Shown here piece after piece: positions 1 to 11,885 of a DNA stretch of 64,000 bases (within the stretch, counting starts at the first letter, position 1; each line of letters starts with the position of its first letter). The translations under genes were made by a program, and so were the position numbers. The stretch is from Pseudomonadota bacterium (GTDB lineage Bacteria; Pseudomonadota; Gammaproteobacteria; SURF-13): positions 11,800-75,799 of the forward strand of contig JAQBXX010000003.1 of NCBI GenBank assembly GCA_027624315.1, given 5' to 3'. Below the pieces are notes generated by a model. The model searched no databases. It was not told the origin of the DNA and worked only from the letters and a program-made list of their open reading frames with translations.

Positions 1-1
1 C

Positions 2-964
2 GAAGGCATGGCCATCGCCGCCTATACCATCGGCGCTACGATCGGCTACAACTTCATGCGTGGTGAATTTGGCGGGTTGCCCTGCGAGCGTTTTGATGCT
101 GCCTTGGCCGAGGCCCGCGCCGCAGGATTCATCGGCCAGAACATCATGGGGTCAGGCATTAATTTTGAGCTGCACAGCACTTTGGGCGCCGGGGCCTATA
201 TCTCCGGTGAAGAAACCGCGATGCTGGAGACGATAGAGGGCAAAAAGGCATTGCCAAGGTTTAAGCCGCCGTTTCCGGCCAGCTATGGTTTGTACGGACG
301 GCCCACTATCATCAACAACACCGAATCGCTGGCCTCGATACCCCTGATTATGCTGAAGGGCGGGGAATGGTTCCTCAGCATCGGCAAGCCCAATAACGGC
401 GGGCCGAAGATATTTTCCGTGTCCGGTCATGTGAACAAGCCGGGCAATTACGAAGTACCGCTCGGCACGCCGTTCGCCAAGCTGCTGGAGATGGCCGGCG
501 GTATGTGGCAGGGGCGTAAATTGAAGGCTGTGATTCCGGGTGGCTCCTCGGTGCCGGTGCTGCCCGCTGACATCATCATGAACACCAATATGGATTACGA
601 CGCACTTGCCAAGGCTGGCTCCATGCTGGGGGCGGGCTCAGTGATCGTGATGGACGAAACGACTTGCATGGTACGGGCGCTGGCGCGTATTTCTCATTTT
701 TACTATGAAGAATCGTGTGGCCAGTGCACACCCTGCCGCGAGGGTACCGGCTGGCTGTCACGTGTAATTCACCGTATTGAGCATGGGACAGGCAAAATGG
801 AAGACCTCGACATGCTGGTGGATGTGGCCAACAAGATCGAAGGCCGCACCATCTGCGCGCTGGGAGATGCCGCCGCGCTACCGGTGAAGAGTTTCATCGA
901 ACATTTCCGTGATGAATTTCAGTACCACATTGAACATCGCGCCTGTCTGCCGGGCACACACTGA
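2..964 (+). CDS. nuoF: NADH-quinone oxidoreductase subunit F, C-terminal part (5' end outside window)
   Basis: ORF 8..964 is in frame from the window edge; contains the [15 protein letters not shown] 4Fe-4S motif typical of NuoF; immediately upstream of nuoG. Confidence 0.9.
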   Translation, partial: EGMAIAAYTIGATIGYNFMRGEFGGLPCERFDAALAEARAAGFIGQNIMGSGINFELHSTLGAGAYISGEETAMLETIEGKKALPRFKPPFPASYGLYGRPTIINNTESLASIPLIMLKGGEWFLSIGKPNNGGPKIFSVSGHVNKPGNYEVPLGTPFAKLLEMAGGMWQGRKLKAVIPGGSSVPVLPADIIMNTNMDYDALAKAGSMLGAGSVIVMDETTCMVRALARISHFYYEESCGQCTPCREGTGWLSRVIHRIEHGTGKMEDLDMLVDVANKIEGRTICALGDAAALPVKSFIEHFRDEFQYHIEHRACLPGTH

Positions 965-975
965 GCCGTGAACGC

Positions 976-3345
976 ATGGTAACCATAGAAATCAACGGCA
1001 AGCCGCTTCAGGTGCGCGACGGCATGATGGTAATCGAGGCCGCAGACGAGGCCGGCATCCCGATCCCGCGTTTCTGTTATCACAAAAAACTTTCCATCAC
1101 GGCCAACTGCCGTATGTGTCTGGTGGACATCGACAAGGCGGTGAAGCCTCTGCCGGCCTGCGCCACGCCCGTCACCGACGGCATGAAGATACTCACCCAT
1201 TCGCCCAAGGCGCTCATGGCGCAAAAGGGCGTGATGGAGTTTCTGCTCATCAATCATCCGCTGGACTGTCCGATCTGCGACCAGGGCGGCGAGTGCGAGC
1301 TGCAGGAGCTTGCGATGGGTTACGGGCGCGATGTCGCGCGCTATCAGGAAAAGAAGCGCGTCGTGCAGGACAAGGACATCGGCCCGCTCATCAGCACCGA
1401 CATGACACGCTGCATCCACTGCACGCGCTGCGTGCGTTTCGGGCAGGAGATTGCCGGTCTGATGGAGCTCGGTGCGACGGGGCGCGGCGAGCACATGGAG
1501 ATTGGCACCTACATCGAGAAAAGCCTGAAGTCAGAGATGTCGGGCAATATCATTGACCTGTGCCCGGTGGGTGCGCTCACCGCCAAGCCGTCACGCTACG
1601 TTGCGCGTGCGTGGGAAATGGCGCAGCGTGCCAGCATTGCCCCGCACGACTCCATTGGCTCCAATCTCTATGTGCATGTGCGCGGCAATCAGGTGATACG
1701 AGTTATCCCGCGCGAAAACGAAGAGATCAATGAAACCTGGATTTCCGACCGTGATCGTTACAGTTATCAGGGGTTGAGCAGCACTGACCGCCTGCGCGTA
1801 CCGATGATTAAACAAAACGGCGCTTGGCACGCAACGGACTGGAGCACGGCGCTGGAAACCGTAGTGCAAGGACTGAAGCAGGTTGTCGCCGCGCACGGCG
1901 CAGCGCAGCTGGGTGCGCTGGCCAGTCCCACGGCTACGCTGGAAGAGATGTACCTGCTGCAGAAGCTGATGCGTGGTCTCGGCTGCAATAATATCGATCA
2001 TCGCCTGCGCCAGACCGATTTCAGCGGTCAGGCAGATGCGCCCGGGTTTCCCGCCCTCAACCACGCCATCGCTGACCTTGAGCAGCTCGATGCGGCGTTG
2101 CTGATTGGCTCCAATGTGCGCAAGGAACAGCCAATTGCGGCGCATCGCCTGCGCAAGGCCGCGCTGAACGGTGCGCACCTCATGCTGCTCAATCCGCTCA
2201 ACTACGACATGAACTTCCCGGTGGCGGAGAAGATCGTTGCGAGCCCTGCGGGCATGGTTCATGCGCTTGCCGGTGTCGTGAAAGAGTTGCTGCAAGGGAA
2301 CGCCGCGCCTGACCCAGCCATTGCAGCGCTGCTTGCCGATGTCCACATCGACGCCACGCACCGCGCCATCGCAGAGCATCTCAAGGGTGCGGATAAAGGC
2401 GCAGTGCTGCTTGGCAATCTCGCTGTTACCCACCCTCACTTCGCCTTACTGCATATACTGGCGCAGTGGGCCGCGCAACTGAGCCAGACCACACTGGGTG
2501 TGCTGCCTGAAGCCGCCAACAGCGCAGGGGCGTGGCTCGCGGGCATGCTGCCGCATCGAGGAGCCGCCGGTGCACGTGTCGCGCAAGCCGGCCTCGACGC
2601 TCAGGCCATGCTGGATGCAAAACTCAAGGCCTACCTCCTCATGGGTGTGGAGCCGGAATACGATTGCGCCAATCCCGCGCGCGCGCTGAGCGCCGTTGCC
2701 GATGCCGACTTCGTGGTGACATTGACGGCATTCAGAAGTGCTGCGATGGAGGGCTATGCCGATGTCATGCTGCCCGTCGTCCCGTTCACCGAAACAGCGG
2801 GCACGTTTGTCAACGCCGAGGGGCGCTGGCAGAGCTTCGAGGCCGCCGTGAATCCACTCGATGAGGCGCGGCCCGCATGGAAGGTGCTGCGCGTACTGGG
2901 TAACCTGTTTGACGCGCCCGGTTTCGATTACGTGACCAGCCACGAGATGCGTGACGAACTCAAGCGCGCAGTCGATAACATGTCATCGAAGAATGAGCGC
3001 AGTGCTGAAGTGCCGGCGCGACGGCTGCCGGCGGCGGACTCCACGCTGATGCGTATCGGTGAGGTGCCGATCTATGCCGTCGATGCACTGGTGCGTCGCG
3101 CCAGCGCCCTGCAACAGACGCAAGAAGCGCAGACAGCGGCGGCGTACGTCAACAGGCGTGTTGCCGCGCAACTTGCTATCGTCGCAGGACAGGAGGTGCA
3201 GGCTGCACAAGGTGAGGCGCGGGCACGGCTTACGGTCGTGATCGACGAGCGCGTACCCGACGGCTGTGTGATGATCCCCGCGGGCCTTGCCGGGAGCGCC
3301 ACGCTCGGCGCTGCGTTTGGCGCCATCGAACTGGCGCGGGTATAG
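976..3345 (+). CDS. nuoG: NADH-quinone oxidoreductase subunit G (molybdopterin/Fe-S subunit)
   Basis: 789 aa ORF; N-terminal 2Fe-2S/4Fe-4S cysteine motifs (CRMCLV, CPICDQGGEC, CIHCTRCVRF); position after nuoF. Confidence 0.93.
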   Translation: MVTIEINGKPLQVRDGMMVIEAADEAGIPIPRFCYHKKLSITANCRMCLVDIDKAVKPLPACATPVTDGMKILTHSPKALMAQKGVMEFLLINHPLDCPICDQGGECELQELAMGYGRDVARYQEKKRVVQDKDIGPLISTDMTRCIHCTRCVRFGQEIAGLMELGATGRGEHMEIGTYIEKSLKSEMSGNIIDLCPVGALTAKPSRYVARAWEMAQRASIAPHDSIGSNLYVHVRGNQVIRVIPRENEEINETWISDRDRYSYQGLSSTDRLRVPMIKQNGAWHATDWSTALETVVQGLKQVVAAHGAAQLGALASPTATLEEMYLLQKLMRGLGCNNIDHRLRQTDFSGQADAPGFPALNHAIADLEQLDAALLIGSNVRKEQPIAAHRLRKAALNGAHLMLLNPLNYDMNFPVAEKIVASPAGMVHALAGVVKELLQGNAAPDPAIAALLADVHIDATHRAIAEHLKGADKGAVLLGNLAVTHPHFALLHILAQWAAQLSQTTLGVLPEAANSAGAWLAGMLPHRGAAGARVAQAGLDAQAMLDAKLKAYLLMGVEPEYDCANPARALSAVADADFVVTLTAFRSAAMEGYADVMLPVVPFTETAGTFVNAEGRWQSFEAAVNPLDEARPAWKVLRVLGNLFDAPGFDYVTSHEMRDELKRAVDNMSSKNERSAEVPARRLPAADSTLMRIGEVPIYAVDALVRRASALQQTQEAQTAAAYVNRRVAAQLAIVAGQEVQAAQGEARARLTVVIDERVPDGCVMIPAGLAGSATLGAAFGAIELARV

Positions 3346-3351
3346 CACGCC

Positions 3352-4395
3352 ATGGATATGCTGAGCACATTCTGGACCACAGTACCTGTCACGCTGCAAA
3401 TCGTGATCCAGATTCTGGCGATTGTGTTGCCCTTGTCACTTGCGGTGGCCTACCTCACGCTGGCTGAGCGCAAGGTGATTGGCTACATTCAGGCGCGCAT
3501 CGGGCCCAATCGCGTGGGCCCGCGCGGTTGGCTACAGCCCATCGCCGACGGCATCAAGCTCCTCATGAAGGAGGTGATTATTCCCTCCGGTGCCAGCCGC
3601 GCACTGTTCATCATCGGGCCGATCTTGTCGCTTGTGCCCGCACTCATCGCCTGGGCGGTGATACCGTTCGACGACACACTGGTGCTCTCCGACATTAACG
3701 CGGGGCTATTGTACATCATGGCAGTCACCTCGATGGGCGTATACGGCGTCATCATTGCGGGCTGGGCCTCCAATTCAAAATATGCGTTTCTGGGTGCGAT
3801 GCGCTGTGCGGCACAGATCGTGTCTTACGAAATCGCCATGGGCTTCGCGCTCGTCGGGGTATTGATCGCGGCAGGCAGCCTCAATCTGGGCGACATCGTA
3901 CGCGCGCAATCGGGGAGCCTGGCGCACTGGTTCTGGTTGCCGCTGCTGCCGTTGTTCCTGATTTACTTCATTGCCGGCGTGGCGGAAACCAACCGCGCAC
4001 CGTTCGACGTCGCCGAGGGCGAGTCGGAAATCGTGGCCGGATTTCATGTCGAGTACTCCGGCATGACCTTCGCGGTGTTCTTTCTCGCCGAATATGCCAA
4101 CATGATTCTGGTTTCAGCGCTGGCCGCGCTGATGTTTTTGGGCGGTTGGCTGTCGCCGTTTCAGGGCATTCCCCTGCTTCAGGGGCTGTTTGCCTGGGTA
4201 CCTGGCATCATCTGGTTGCTGCTGAAAATCTCCGTGCTGCTGTTTCTGTTTTTATGGTTCCGCGCCACCTTCCCGCGCTATCGTTACGACCAGATCATGC
4301 GCCTAGGCTGGAAGGTGTTCATTCCCATCACTATCGTATGGTTGCTGGTGGTGGGTGTCGCCGTGCTTTATAAACTGCCATGGTGGTTTGACTGA
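3352..4395 (+). CDS. nuoH: NADH-quinone oxidoreductase subunit H
   Basis: 347 aa polytopic membrane protein with NuoH/ND1-like sequence; operon position. Confidence 0.93.
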   Translation: MDMLSTFWTTVPVTLQIVIQILAIVLPLSLAVAYLTLAERKVIGYIQARIGPNRVGPRGWLQPIADGIKLLMKEVIIPSGASRALFIIGPILSLVPALIAWAVIPFDDTLVLSDINAGLLYIMAVTSMGVYGVIIAGWASNSKYAFLGAMRCAAQIVSYEIAMGFALVGVLIAAGSLNLGDIVRAQSGSLAHWFWLPLLPLFLIYFIAGVAETNRAPFDVAEGESEIVAGFHVEYSGMTFAVFFLAEYANMILVSALAALMFLGGWLSPFQGIPLLQGLFAWVPGIIWLLLKISVLLFLFLWFRATFPRYRYDQIMRLGWKVFIPITIVWLLVVGVAVLYKLPWWFD

Positions 4396-4400
4396 GCACC

Positions 4401-4889
4401 ATGAAGACCATTATCAATTACATCAAGAGCCTGTTCCTGTGGGAACTTCTGAAAGGGCTCAAACTGACCGGCGGCTATCTGTTCGCCAAAAAGATCACCG
4501 TGCAGTATCCGGAGGAGAAGACGCCGATGTCGCCGCGCTTTCGTGGTCTGCACGCGCTGCGCCGCTACCCTAATGGGGAAGAGCGCTGCATCGCCTGCAA
4601 ACTGTGTGAGGCGGTCTGTCCGGCGGCCTGTATCACGATTGAGTCGGAACAGCGCGCCGACGGTACACGCCGCACCACGCGCTACGATATTGACCTGTTC
4701 AAGTGCATCTACTGCGGCTTCTGCGAGGAGTCCTGTCCGGTGGATGCCATCGTGGAGACGCGCATCTTCGAGTATCATTTCGAGCAACGCGGTGACAACA
4801 TCATCACCAAGGACAAACTGATGGAGATCGGCGACCGCAACGAAAAACAGATTGCAGCTGATCGCGCCAGCGACGCGCGCTATCGCTAG
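4401..4889 (+). CDS. nuoI: NADH-quinone oxidoreductase subunit I (2x4Fe-4S ferredoxin)
   Basis: Two CxxCxxCxxxCP motifs ([24 protein letters not shown]). Confidence 0.93.
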   Translation: MKTIINYIKSLFLWELLKGLKLTGGYLFAKKITVQYPEEKTPMSPRFRGLHALRRYPNGEERCIACKLCEAVCPAACITIESEQRADGTRRTTRYDIDLFKCIYCGFCEESCPVDAIVETRIFEYHFEQRGDNIITKDKLMEIGDRNEKQIAADRASDARYR

Positions 4890-4915
4890 CGCGTTATAAC
4901 CGATCCCGGATTGAC

Positions 4916-5524
4916 ATGGAACACATCATTTTTTATATCTTCTCCGCCATCCTGGTGCTCTCCGCGCTGATGGTGATCACGGTGCGCAACCCGGTGCATG
5001 CAGCGCTGTTTCTGGTGCTCGCATTCTTCACCAGTGCGGCGCTGTGGCTGTTGCTCGAGGCCGAATTCCTCGCCCTCATCCTGGTGCTGGTGTATGTCGG
5101 TGCGGTGATGGTGCTGTTCCTGTTTGTGGTAATGATGCTGGACATCAACCTCACCGTGCTGCGCGAGGGATTTACCAGTTACCTTCCCGTGGGCGCCCTG
5201 ATTGCCACACTGATTCTCATCGAGATGGCGCTGGTGGTCGGGCCTGAACATTTCGGCCTCGACTCTGTCGCCGCGCCTGTGCCGCATACTGCGGGCTACA
5301 GCAATACGCAGGCGCTGGGTAACGTGCTGTACACCGTATACGTGTACCCGTTCGAAATCGCCGGTGTGATCCTGCTGGTCGCTATCATCGGCGCCATCGC
5401 GCTTACCCTGCGCCGCAGGCCACAGACAAAGTATCAGGATCCGTCGCAGCAGGTATTAGTGCGGAGCAAGGATCGCGTACGCATCATCAAAATGCCCTCG
5501 GAGAAGAAGAGGGGTGGCGCATGA
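4916..5524 (+). CDS. nuoJ: NADH-quinone oxidoreductase subunit J
   Basis: 202 aa hydrophobic protein; operon position between nuoI and nuoK. Confidence 0.88.
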   Translation: MEHIIFYIFSAILVLSALMVITVRNPVHAALFLVLAFFTSAALWLLLEAEFLALILVLVYVGAVMVLFLFVVMMLDINLTVLREGFTSYLPVGALIATLILIEMALVVGPEHFGLDSVAAPVPHTAGYSNTQALGNVLYTVYVYPFEIAGVILLVAIIGAIALTLRRRPQTKYQDPSQQVLVRSKDRVRIIKMPSEKKRGGA

Positions 5525-5826
5525 TCGCCTTGTCGGATTTTCTAGTGCTGAGCGCAATCCTGTTTTGCCTCAGCATGGCGGGCATTTTTCTCAACCGCAA
5601 GAATGTGATTATCCTGCTGATGGCCATCGAACTCATGCTGCTCGCGGTCAACATGAACTTTGTTGCCTTTTCGCATTACCTCGGCGATGACGCCGGACAA
5701 ATTTTCGTCTTCTTCATATTGACCGTGGCCGCCGCGGAGTCGGCCATCGGCCTCGCGATACTGGTGGTGCTGTTCCGCAACCGGCGCGCGATCAATGTCG
5801 AAGACATGGGCAGCCTGAAGGGGTAG
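5521..5826 (+). CDS. nuoK: NADH-quinone oxidoreductase subunit K
   Basis: 101 aa, three TM helices; 4-nt overlap with nuoJ stop. Confidence 0.9.
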   Translation: MIALSDFLVLSAILFCLSMAGIFLNRKNVIILLMAIELMLLAVNMNFVAFSHYLGDDAGQIFVFFILTVAAAESAIGLAILVVLFRNRRAINVEDMGSLKG

Positions 5827-5829
5827 GGG

Positions 5830-7785
5830 ATGGAGCAGGTTTATCTCGGCATCGTGCTTGCGCCCCTGTTCGGGGCCGTTCTCGCAGGCCTGTTCGGCAG
5901 GTATATCGGACGCAGCGGATCACACTGGGTCACCATCGCCGGTGTGGCGGTTTCCTTTGCGCTATCGCTGCTGGTCTTCAAGCAGATCATCATCGACGGC
6001 GCGGCACCGTTTAACGGCGCCATCTACACCTGGATGGTAAGCGACGGTATCAAATTCGAGATCGGCTTTCTGGTCGATCAACTGACCGCACTGATGATCG
6101 TGGTCGTAACCTTCGTCTCGCTGATGGTGCATATCTACACCATCGGCTACATGCATGATGACCCCGGCTACCAGCGCTTTTTCAGCTACATCGCGCTGTT
6201 CACCTTCTCCATGCTGATGCTGGTGATGTCCAACAATTTCCTGCAACTGTTCTTCGGCTGGGAGGCGGTGGGTCTGGTGTCCTACCTGCTGATCGGCTTC
6301 TGGTTCCAGCGCGAATCCGCGATCTATGCCAACCTCAAGGCGTTTCTGGTCAACCGCGTGGGCGACCTCGGCTTCCTGCTCGGCATCGCCGTCATACTGA
6401 TGCACTTCAACACGCTCGATTACGCGCAGATATTCAAAATGGCACCGCATCTTGCGCACGAAACAGTCACGTTTATTCCCGGCTACGAATGGTCGTTGAT
6501 GACGGTGATCTGCATCCTGCTGTTCATCGGTGCCATGGGTAAGTCGGCGCAGGTACCGCTGCACGTGTGGCTACCGGACTCCATGGAAGGCCCTACTCCG
6601 ATTTCGGCCCTGATACACGCGGCGACCATGGTCACGGCGGGTATCTTCATGGTCGCGCGCATGTCGCCGTTGTTTGAGCTCTCCGAAACCGCACTGAGTT
6701 TTATGATGCTGATCGGCGCGGTCACCGCGCTGTCCATGGGCTTGCTCGGCATTGTCCAGAACGACATCAAACGCGTGGTGGCTTATTCCACCCTGTCGCA
6801 ACTGGGCTATATGACGGTGGCGCTGGGCGCCTCGGCCTACGCCGGCGCCATCTTCCATCTCATGACGCATGCCTTCTTCAAGGCACTCCTGTTCCTCGCC
6901 GCAGGCTCGGTGATCATCGCGCTGCATCACGAGCAGGATATACGCAAGATGGGCGCGCTGAAAAATCATCTGCCGATTACCTACTGGACCTTCCTGATCG
7001 GTACGCTGGCCCTGATCGGCTTCCCCGGCTTCTCCGGCTTTTTCTCCAAGGATGCCATCATCGAGGCAGTCTACGAGTCCACGCTGCCCGGTGCCGGCAT
7101 GGCCTATGCCGCTGTGATGATCGGTGTTTTCGTCACCGCACTGTACAGTTTCCGCTTGCTGTTTCTGGTCTTCCACGGCGAGTCGCGCGTGGATGCGCAT
7201 ACACGCAAACATCTGCATGAAAGCCCGTGGGTAGTGACCGTCCCGCTGATCGCGCTCGCCATTCCCTCAGTGATTATGGGCGCGATTCACGCCGGCCCCA
7301 TGCTGTTTCATGACTTCTTCGGCAAGGCCATATTTGTCCTGCCCCAACATGATGTGCTCGCTCATATGGGCCGCGAATATCAAGGTGTGATGGGCTTTGT
7401 ATTGCATGGACTGATAGAGCCGCCGGTGTGGTTGGCGTTTGCGGGCATCGCAACGGCCTGGTGGTGTTACATCAAACACCCCGAAATTCCCGCTGTCGTG
7501 ATGAGCCGCTGCGCTACACTCTACCGGATCCTGTGTAATAAATATGGATTCGATGATTTCAACGACACCGTCTTCGCCGGCGGCGGACGGCGCTTCGGGC
7601 GCCTGCTGTGGCAGGTAGGTGATGTCACTGTGGTGGATGGCGTGATGGTGAACGGTACCGCGCGCGGCATAGGATGGTTTTCATCCGTCGTGCGCCACGT
7701 ACAGACTGGCTACCTGTATCATTACGCCTTTGCCATTATCATCGGGCTCGTGCTGATGCTCGGCTGGCCTCTGCTCAGTCAATAA
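5830..7785 (+). CDS. nuoL: NADH-quinone oxidoreductase subunit L
   Basis: 651 aa antiporter-like membrane subunit; operon position. Confidence 0.92.
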   Translation: MEQVYLGIVLAPLFGAVLAGLFGRYIGRSGSHWVTIAGVAVSFALSLLVFKQIIIDGAAPFNGAIYTWMVSDGIKFEIGFLVDQLTALMIVVVTFVSLMVHIYTIGYMHDDPGYQRFFSYIALFTFSMLMLVMSNNFLQLFFGWEAVGLVSYLLIGFWFQRESAIYANLKAFLVNRVGDLGFLLGIAVILMHFNTLDYAQIFKMAPHLAHETVTFIPGYEWSLMTVICILLFIGAMGKSAQVPLHVWLPDSMEGPTPISALIHAATMVTAGIFMVARMSPLFELSETALSFMMLIGAVTALSMGLLGIVQNDIKRVVAYSTLSQLGYMTVALGASAYAGAIFHLMTHAFFKALLFLAAGSVIIALHHEQDIRKMGALKNHLPITYWTFLIGTLALIGFPGFSGFFSKDAIIEAVYESTLPGAGMAYAAVMIGVFVTALYSFRLLFLVFHGESRVDAHTRKHLHESPWVVTVPLIALAIPSVIMGAIHAGPMLFHDFFGKAIFVLPQHDVLAHMGREYQGVMGFVLHGLIEPPVWLAFAGIATAWWCYIKHPEIPAVVMSRCATLYRILCNKYGFDDFNDTVFAGGGRRFGRLLWQVGDVTVVDGVMVNGTARGIGWFSSVVRHVQTGYLYHYAFAIIIGLVLMLGWPLLSQ

Positions 7786-7795
7786 GAATATTCCC

Positions 7796-9313
7796 ATGCC
7801 GGCTGATTTCCCTCTATTAAGTCTTGCGATCTGGCTGCCCATCGTCGGCGGCCTGCTGATGCTCGCCACCGCAAGCGAACAGCGCGTGCAGCATACCCGC
7901 ATGCTGGCATTGATCGTTTCGCTGCTTACATTTCTTTGCACGATCCTGCTGTACACGCATTTTAATCATAAGACGTATCACATGCAGTTCGCAGAGAAGA
8001 TGGAGTGGATACAGGCCTTTGATATCAACTACCACCTGGGCATCGACGGCATCAGCCTGCCGCTGATACTGCTTACCAGCTTCACCACCGTGCTGGTAGT
8101 CATCGCCGGCTGGGAGGTGATCCGCTACAAGCTGGCACAGTACATGGCGGCCTTCCTCATCATGGAAGGGCTGATGATCGGTGTGTTTTCCGCGCTCGAT
8201 GCCATTCTGTTCTACGTATTCTGGGAAGGCATGCTGATCCCGATGTTCCTCATTATCGGCATTTGGGGTGGGCCGCACCGTGTGTATGCGGCGGTAAAAT
8301 TCTTTCTGTATACCTTCCTCGGCTCGGTGCTGATGCTGGTCGCGTTTCTGTATCTGTATTTCGCGGCAGGCAGCTTTGCGATCCTCGACCTCCACCAGCT
8401 CAAAATCGGCATGACGGCTCAGGTACTCATCTTCATCGCCTTCCTGGTTGCATTTGCCGTCAAGGTGCCGATGTGGCCGGTGCATACATGGCTCCCAGAC
8501 GCACACGTCGAGGCGCCCACCGGCGGCTCCGTCATCCTTGCCGCCATCATGTTGAAGATGGGCGCGTACGGTTTTCTGCGCTTCAGCCTGCCGATCACGC
8601 CGGATGCGAGCCACGAGCTCGACTGGCTCATGATTATGCTGTCGCTGATCGCAGTGGTGTACATCGGCTTCGTCGCGCTGGTGCAGACGGATATGAAAAA
8701 GCTCATTGCGTACTCGTCCATCTCGCACATGGGCTTCGTCACGCTGGGCTTTTTTATCGTCTTCATGATTTTCGAGCAGACCGGCTCCACGCACGGCGCC
8801 GCGATGGGGCTGGAGGGCGGCCTGGTGCAAATGATCTCGCACGGTTTTGTCTCCAGCGCGCTGTTCCTGTGCGTGGGCGTGCTGTATGACCGCCTGCACA
8901 GCCGCGAGATCAGCGCCTATGGCGGCGTAGCCAACACCATGCCGGCCTTCGCCGCGCTCATGGTGTTGTTCGCGCTTGCCAACTCCGGCCTGCCCGGCAC
9001 CTCTGGCTTCGTGGGCGAATTCATGGTGATCCTCAGCACCTTCAAGGCAAATTTCTGGCTTGCGCTGCTCGCCGGGACTACGCTGATACTGGGTGCTGCC
9101 TACACCCTGTGGATGGTGAAGCGCGTCATCTTCGGTGCGGTGGCCAATGACGGCGTCGCGAGCCTCAAGGACATGAATGCACGCGAGGCGCTGGTACTGG
9201 GCGTGCTTGCCGTCGCCGTGCTGGGCCTCGGTCTCTGGCCTGCGCCGGTACTGGATATCATGCATCCCTCGGTACAGCATCTGCTGCAACACATCATGCA
9301 ATCGAAACTGTGA
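7796..9313 (+). CDS. nuoM: NADH-quinone oxidoreductase subunit M
   Basis: 505 aa antiporter-like membrane subunit; operon position. Confidence 0.92.
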   Translation: MPADFPLLSLAIWLPIVGGLLMLATASEQRVQHTRMLALIVSLLTFLCTILLYTHFNHKTYHMQFAEKMEWIQAFDINYHLGIDGISLPLILLTSFTTVLVVIAGWEVIRYKLAQYMAAFLIMEGLMIGVFSALDAILFYVFWEGMLIPMFLIIGIWGGPHRVYAAVKFFLYTFLGSVLMLVAFLYLYFAAGSFAILDLHQLKIGMTAQVLIFIAFLVAFAVKVPMWPVHTWLPDAHVEAPTGGSVILAAIMLKMGAYGFLRFSLPITPDASHELDWLMIMLSLIAVVYIGFVALVQTDMKKLIAYSSISHMGFVTLGFFIVFMIFEQTGSTHGAAMGLEGGLVQMISHGFVSSALFLCVGVLYDRLHSREISAYGGVANTMPAFAALMVLFALANSGLPGTSGFVGEFMVILSTFKANFWLALLAGTTLILGAAYTLWMVKRVIFGAVANDGVASLKDMNAREALVLGVLAVAVLGLGLWPAPVLDIMHPSVQHLLQHIMQSKL

Positions 9314-9326
9314 GGGCGCGCTAGCC

Positions 9327-10778
9327 ATGGATTTCACACTACCCAATTTCGCCCCCGCCATGCCCGAGATATTCGTGCTCAGCATGGCCTGCATCATACT
9401 GATCGTCGACCTGTTCCTGACCGAGCACACGCGCGTGGTGACCTATCTGTTGTCGCTGATCACGTTGATAGCGGCGGCTGTGCTCACTGCCAACCTCGAC
9501 ACCGCCGAACCGGTGCTCACCTTCAGCGGCACCTTCATCAACGACAGCATGGCGGTGGTGCTGAAGCTGTTTATCTACCTCATCACCTTCGTGGTACTCG
9601 TCTACTCGCACAACTACCTGCGTACGCGCCAGCTTTACCAGGGCGAATATTTCGTGCTGATCCTGTTCGCGGTGCTCGGCATGATGGTGCTGGTCTCGGC
9701 ACACAGCCTGCTCACGATCTACCTCGGGCTGGAGCTGCTCTCACTGTCGCTCTACACCCTGGTGGCGCTACGACGCGACTCGGTCAGCGCCTCCGAGGCC
9801 GCGATGAAGTATTTCGTGCTGGGCGCGCTCGCCTCCGGCATTCTACTGTACGGGCTCTCCATGCTGTACGGCGTCACTGGCAGTCTCGACATCGGAAACA
9901 TCAGCAGCCATATCAGCACGAGCATCGCCACCCCCGCTGAGCACTCCATCGTTCTGGTTTTTGCCCTAGTCTTCGTGCTGGTCGGAATTTTATTCAAGCT
10001 CGGTGCAGTGCCGTTTCACATGTGGGTGCCGGACGTTTACCACGGCGCGCCAACCTCCGTGACGCTGTTCATCGGCACCGCGCCCAAGATCGCGGCATTC
10101 GCGATGCTGATGCGGCTGCTGGTAGACGGACTTGGTGACCTGCACTCGCAGTGGCAGACCATGATCATCATCGTCGCCGTACTGTCGATGGCGGCGGGAA
10201 ATATCATTGCGATTGCGCAAACCAATCTCAAGCGCATGCTGGCGTACTCCACCATCGCGCACGTGGGATTTTTGCTGCTCGGCATCTTGAGCGGTACACT
10301 CAACGGCTACGCGTCCTCCATGTTTTACGTCATCGTTTACGCGCTCATGAGCCTGGGCGGCTTCGGCATGATTATCCTGTTGTCGCGCGCGGGTTTCGAG
10401 GCTGACCGGCTGGAGGATTTCAAGGGGCTCAACCAGCGCAGCCCATGGTTCGCCTTCATGATGCTGATCCTGATGTTTTCCATGGCGGGCGTGCCACCCA
10501 CGGTGGGCTTTTACGCCAAGCTTGCGGTGCTGCAGGCGGTGGTCGAGGCCGACCTGGTATGGCTTGCGGTGCTGGCAGTGGTCTTCTCGGTGATCGGCGC
10601 GTACTATTATCTGCGCATCATCAAGCTGATGTATTTTGACCAGCCCGATGATGTGGCGCCGCTCGCGGCAGGCTTCGACATGCGCCTCGCCATGAGTGCC
10701 AACGGCCTTGCGATACTCGGCCTCGGGCTTTTCCCCAGCGGATTATTGACTCTATGCGCCAGGGCGCTTAACCCCTGA
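9327..10778 (+). CDS. nuoN: NADH-quinone oxidoreductase subunit N
   Basis: Track ORF 9177..10778 carries a 50-aa extension overlapping nuoM; first ATG after nuoM stop at 9327 gives [16 protein letters not shown]..., a typical NuoN N-terminus. Confidence 0.88.
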   Translation: MDFTLPNFAPAMPEIFVLSMACIILIVDLFLTEHTRVVTYLLSLITLIAAAVLTANLDTAEPVLTFSGTFINDSMAVVLKLFIYLITFVVLVYSHNYLRTRQLYQGEYFVLILFAVLGMMVLVSAHSLLTIYLGLELLSLSLYTLVALRRDSVSASEAAMKYFVLGALASGILLYGLSMLYGVTGSLDIGNISSHISTSIATPAEHSIVLVFALVFVLVGILFKLGAVPFHMWVPDVYHGAPTSVTLFIGTAPKIAAFAMLMRLLVDGLGDLHSQWQTMIIIVAVLSMAAGNIIAIAQTNLKRMLAYSTIAHVGFLLLGILSGTLNGYASSMFYVIVYALMSLGGFGMIILLSRAGFEADRLEDFKGLNQRSPWFAFMMLILMFSMAGVPPTVGFYAKLAVLQAVVEADLVWLAVLAVVFSVIGAYYYLRIIKLMYFDQPDDVAPLAAGFDMRLAMSANGLAILGLGLFPSGLLTLCARALNP

Positions 10779-10779
10779 T

Positions 10780-11106
10780 ATGGCCTCCACTTCCGCCCTC
10801 GTCTGGATGCTGCTTGTGCTCGCGCTGATCGCCGCCAATCTTCCGTGGCTCAGCGAGCGCGTGTTCTTTGTGAAGCAGCCCAAGGGTGGCGTCAAGCGCG
10901 CTTGGGTGCGGCTGCTGGAGTGGCTTACGCTGTATTTTGTGATGGGCTTTATCGCCATGGGGCTGGAGCAGAAGCTCACCGGCGATTACCACCTGAAACA
11001 CTGGGAGTTTTACGCCATCAACTTGTTCATATTCATGGTGTTTGCGCTGCCGGGATTCATCTATCGTTACGACCTCAAGACGCACTTCGACAAACACGGT
11101 AGTTAA
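10780..11106 (+). CDS. DUF2818-family small membrane protein (commonly follows nuoN)
   Basis: 108 aa, 3 predicted TM segments, starts 2 nt after nuoN stop; sequence resembles the DUF2818 proteins encoded after nuoN in proteobacteria. Confidence 0.7.
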   Translation: MASTSALVWMLLVLALIAANLPWLSERVFFVKQPKGGVKRAWVRLLEWLTLYFVMGFIAMGLEQKLTGDYHLKHWEFYAINLFIFMVFALPGFIYRYDLKTHFDKHGS

Positions 11107-11163
11107 ACCGCGCGCAAGGATGCACCGTCATTCTTCAAGTACGGTGTAGGTGCTTGTAAAATG

Positions 11164-11229
11164 ACGCAAAGCAAAAATCACACTTTTTGCTTTGCGTGTT
11201 GGGAAAGGCCAAGGATGGCCTTTCCCAAC
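11164..11229. terminator. Two consecutive perfect hairpins between convergent DUF2818 gene and efp; likely bidirectional terminators
   Basis: acgcaaagcaaaaa/tttttgctttgcgt (14 bp stem, 11164-11197) then gttgggaaaggcc/ggcctttcccaac (13 bp stem, 11198-11229); sits between convergent genes. Confidence 0.55.
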
Positions 11230-11235
11230 ATACTA

Positions 11236-11796
11236 TCAGGCGCGCTCGACATACTCCCCGCTGCCGGTATTGATCTTGATAAGGTCGCCGACGCCCACAA
11301 ACGGCGGCACCAGAACGCTGATCCCCGTCTCCAGTTTCGCGTGCTTGTAGGAGCTGTTCGCGCTCTGGCCTTTCAGCACGGCATCGGCATCGACTACCTT
11401 GAGCACCACATTAGGCGGTAGCTCGATGAAAATCAGCCGCTCATTGTACAATTTGGCCTGCACCTCTGTATTGGGTAGCAGATAGCCGATCTGCTGCTCA
11501 AGAAACTCGCGCGGCACGCTGATCTGCTCGTAGGTCTCGCTGTCCATGAATACCAGCGCATCGCCTTCCTCATAGGAATAGGTCAGCTTGCGTGTTTCCA
11601 GCTCGATTGCGTCCACCTTGTCCTCGGCGCGAAAACGTTCGTTAAGCTTGGTACCGGCCTCGATGTCCTTCATCTCGACCTGAGCGAAGGCCCCGCCCTT
11701 GCCGGGTTTGACGTGCTCGACCTTGGATACGCGCCAGAGCCGACCCTGGTAGTCGATCAGGGCATTGGGGCGCAGGGAGGAGGCGGCGATTTTCAT
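11236..11796 (-). CDS. efp: Elongation factor P family protein (KPGKGG loop, lysine at the modification position)
   Basis: 186 aa; KPGKGGAFAQVEMKD matches the EF-P KPGKGQAF loop; three-domain length. Confidence 0.8.
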   Translation of the reverse strand: MKIAASSLRPNALIDYQGRLWRVSKVEHVKPGKGGAFAQVEMKDIEAGTKLNERFRAEDKVDAIELETRKLTYSYEEGDALVFMDSETYEQISVPREFLEQQIGYLLPNTEVQAKLYNERLIFIELPPNVVLKVVDADAVLKGQSANSSYKHAKLETGISVLVPPFVGVGDLIKINTGSGEYVERA

Positions 11797-11885
11797 GCTT
11801 TGATTCTCGTCATTAGAATGCGATGATTATAAAGTGCAGCTTTTCAGAATGACATGATCTGTTCAAAGAACTTACCCCACGTTCC

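Noticed and set aside
7817-9430. 537-aa minus-strand ORF (His/Arg/Asp-rich)
   Set aside because: Antisense to nuoM/nuoN; low-complexity composition typical of GC-rich antisense frames.
11161-11421. 86-aa plus-strand ORF starting in the nuo/efp terminator hairpins
   Set aside because: Overlaps efp antisense and begins inside the paired terminator stems; not a gene.
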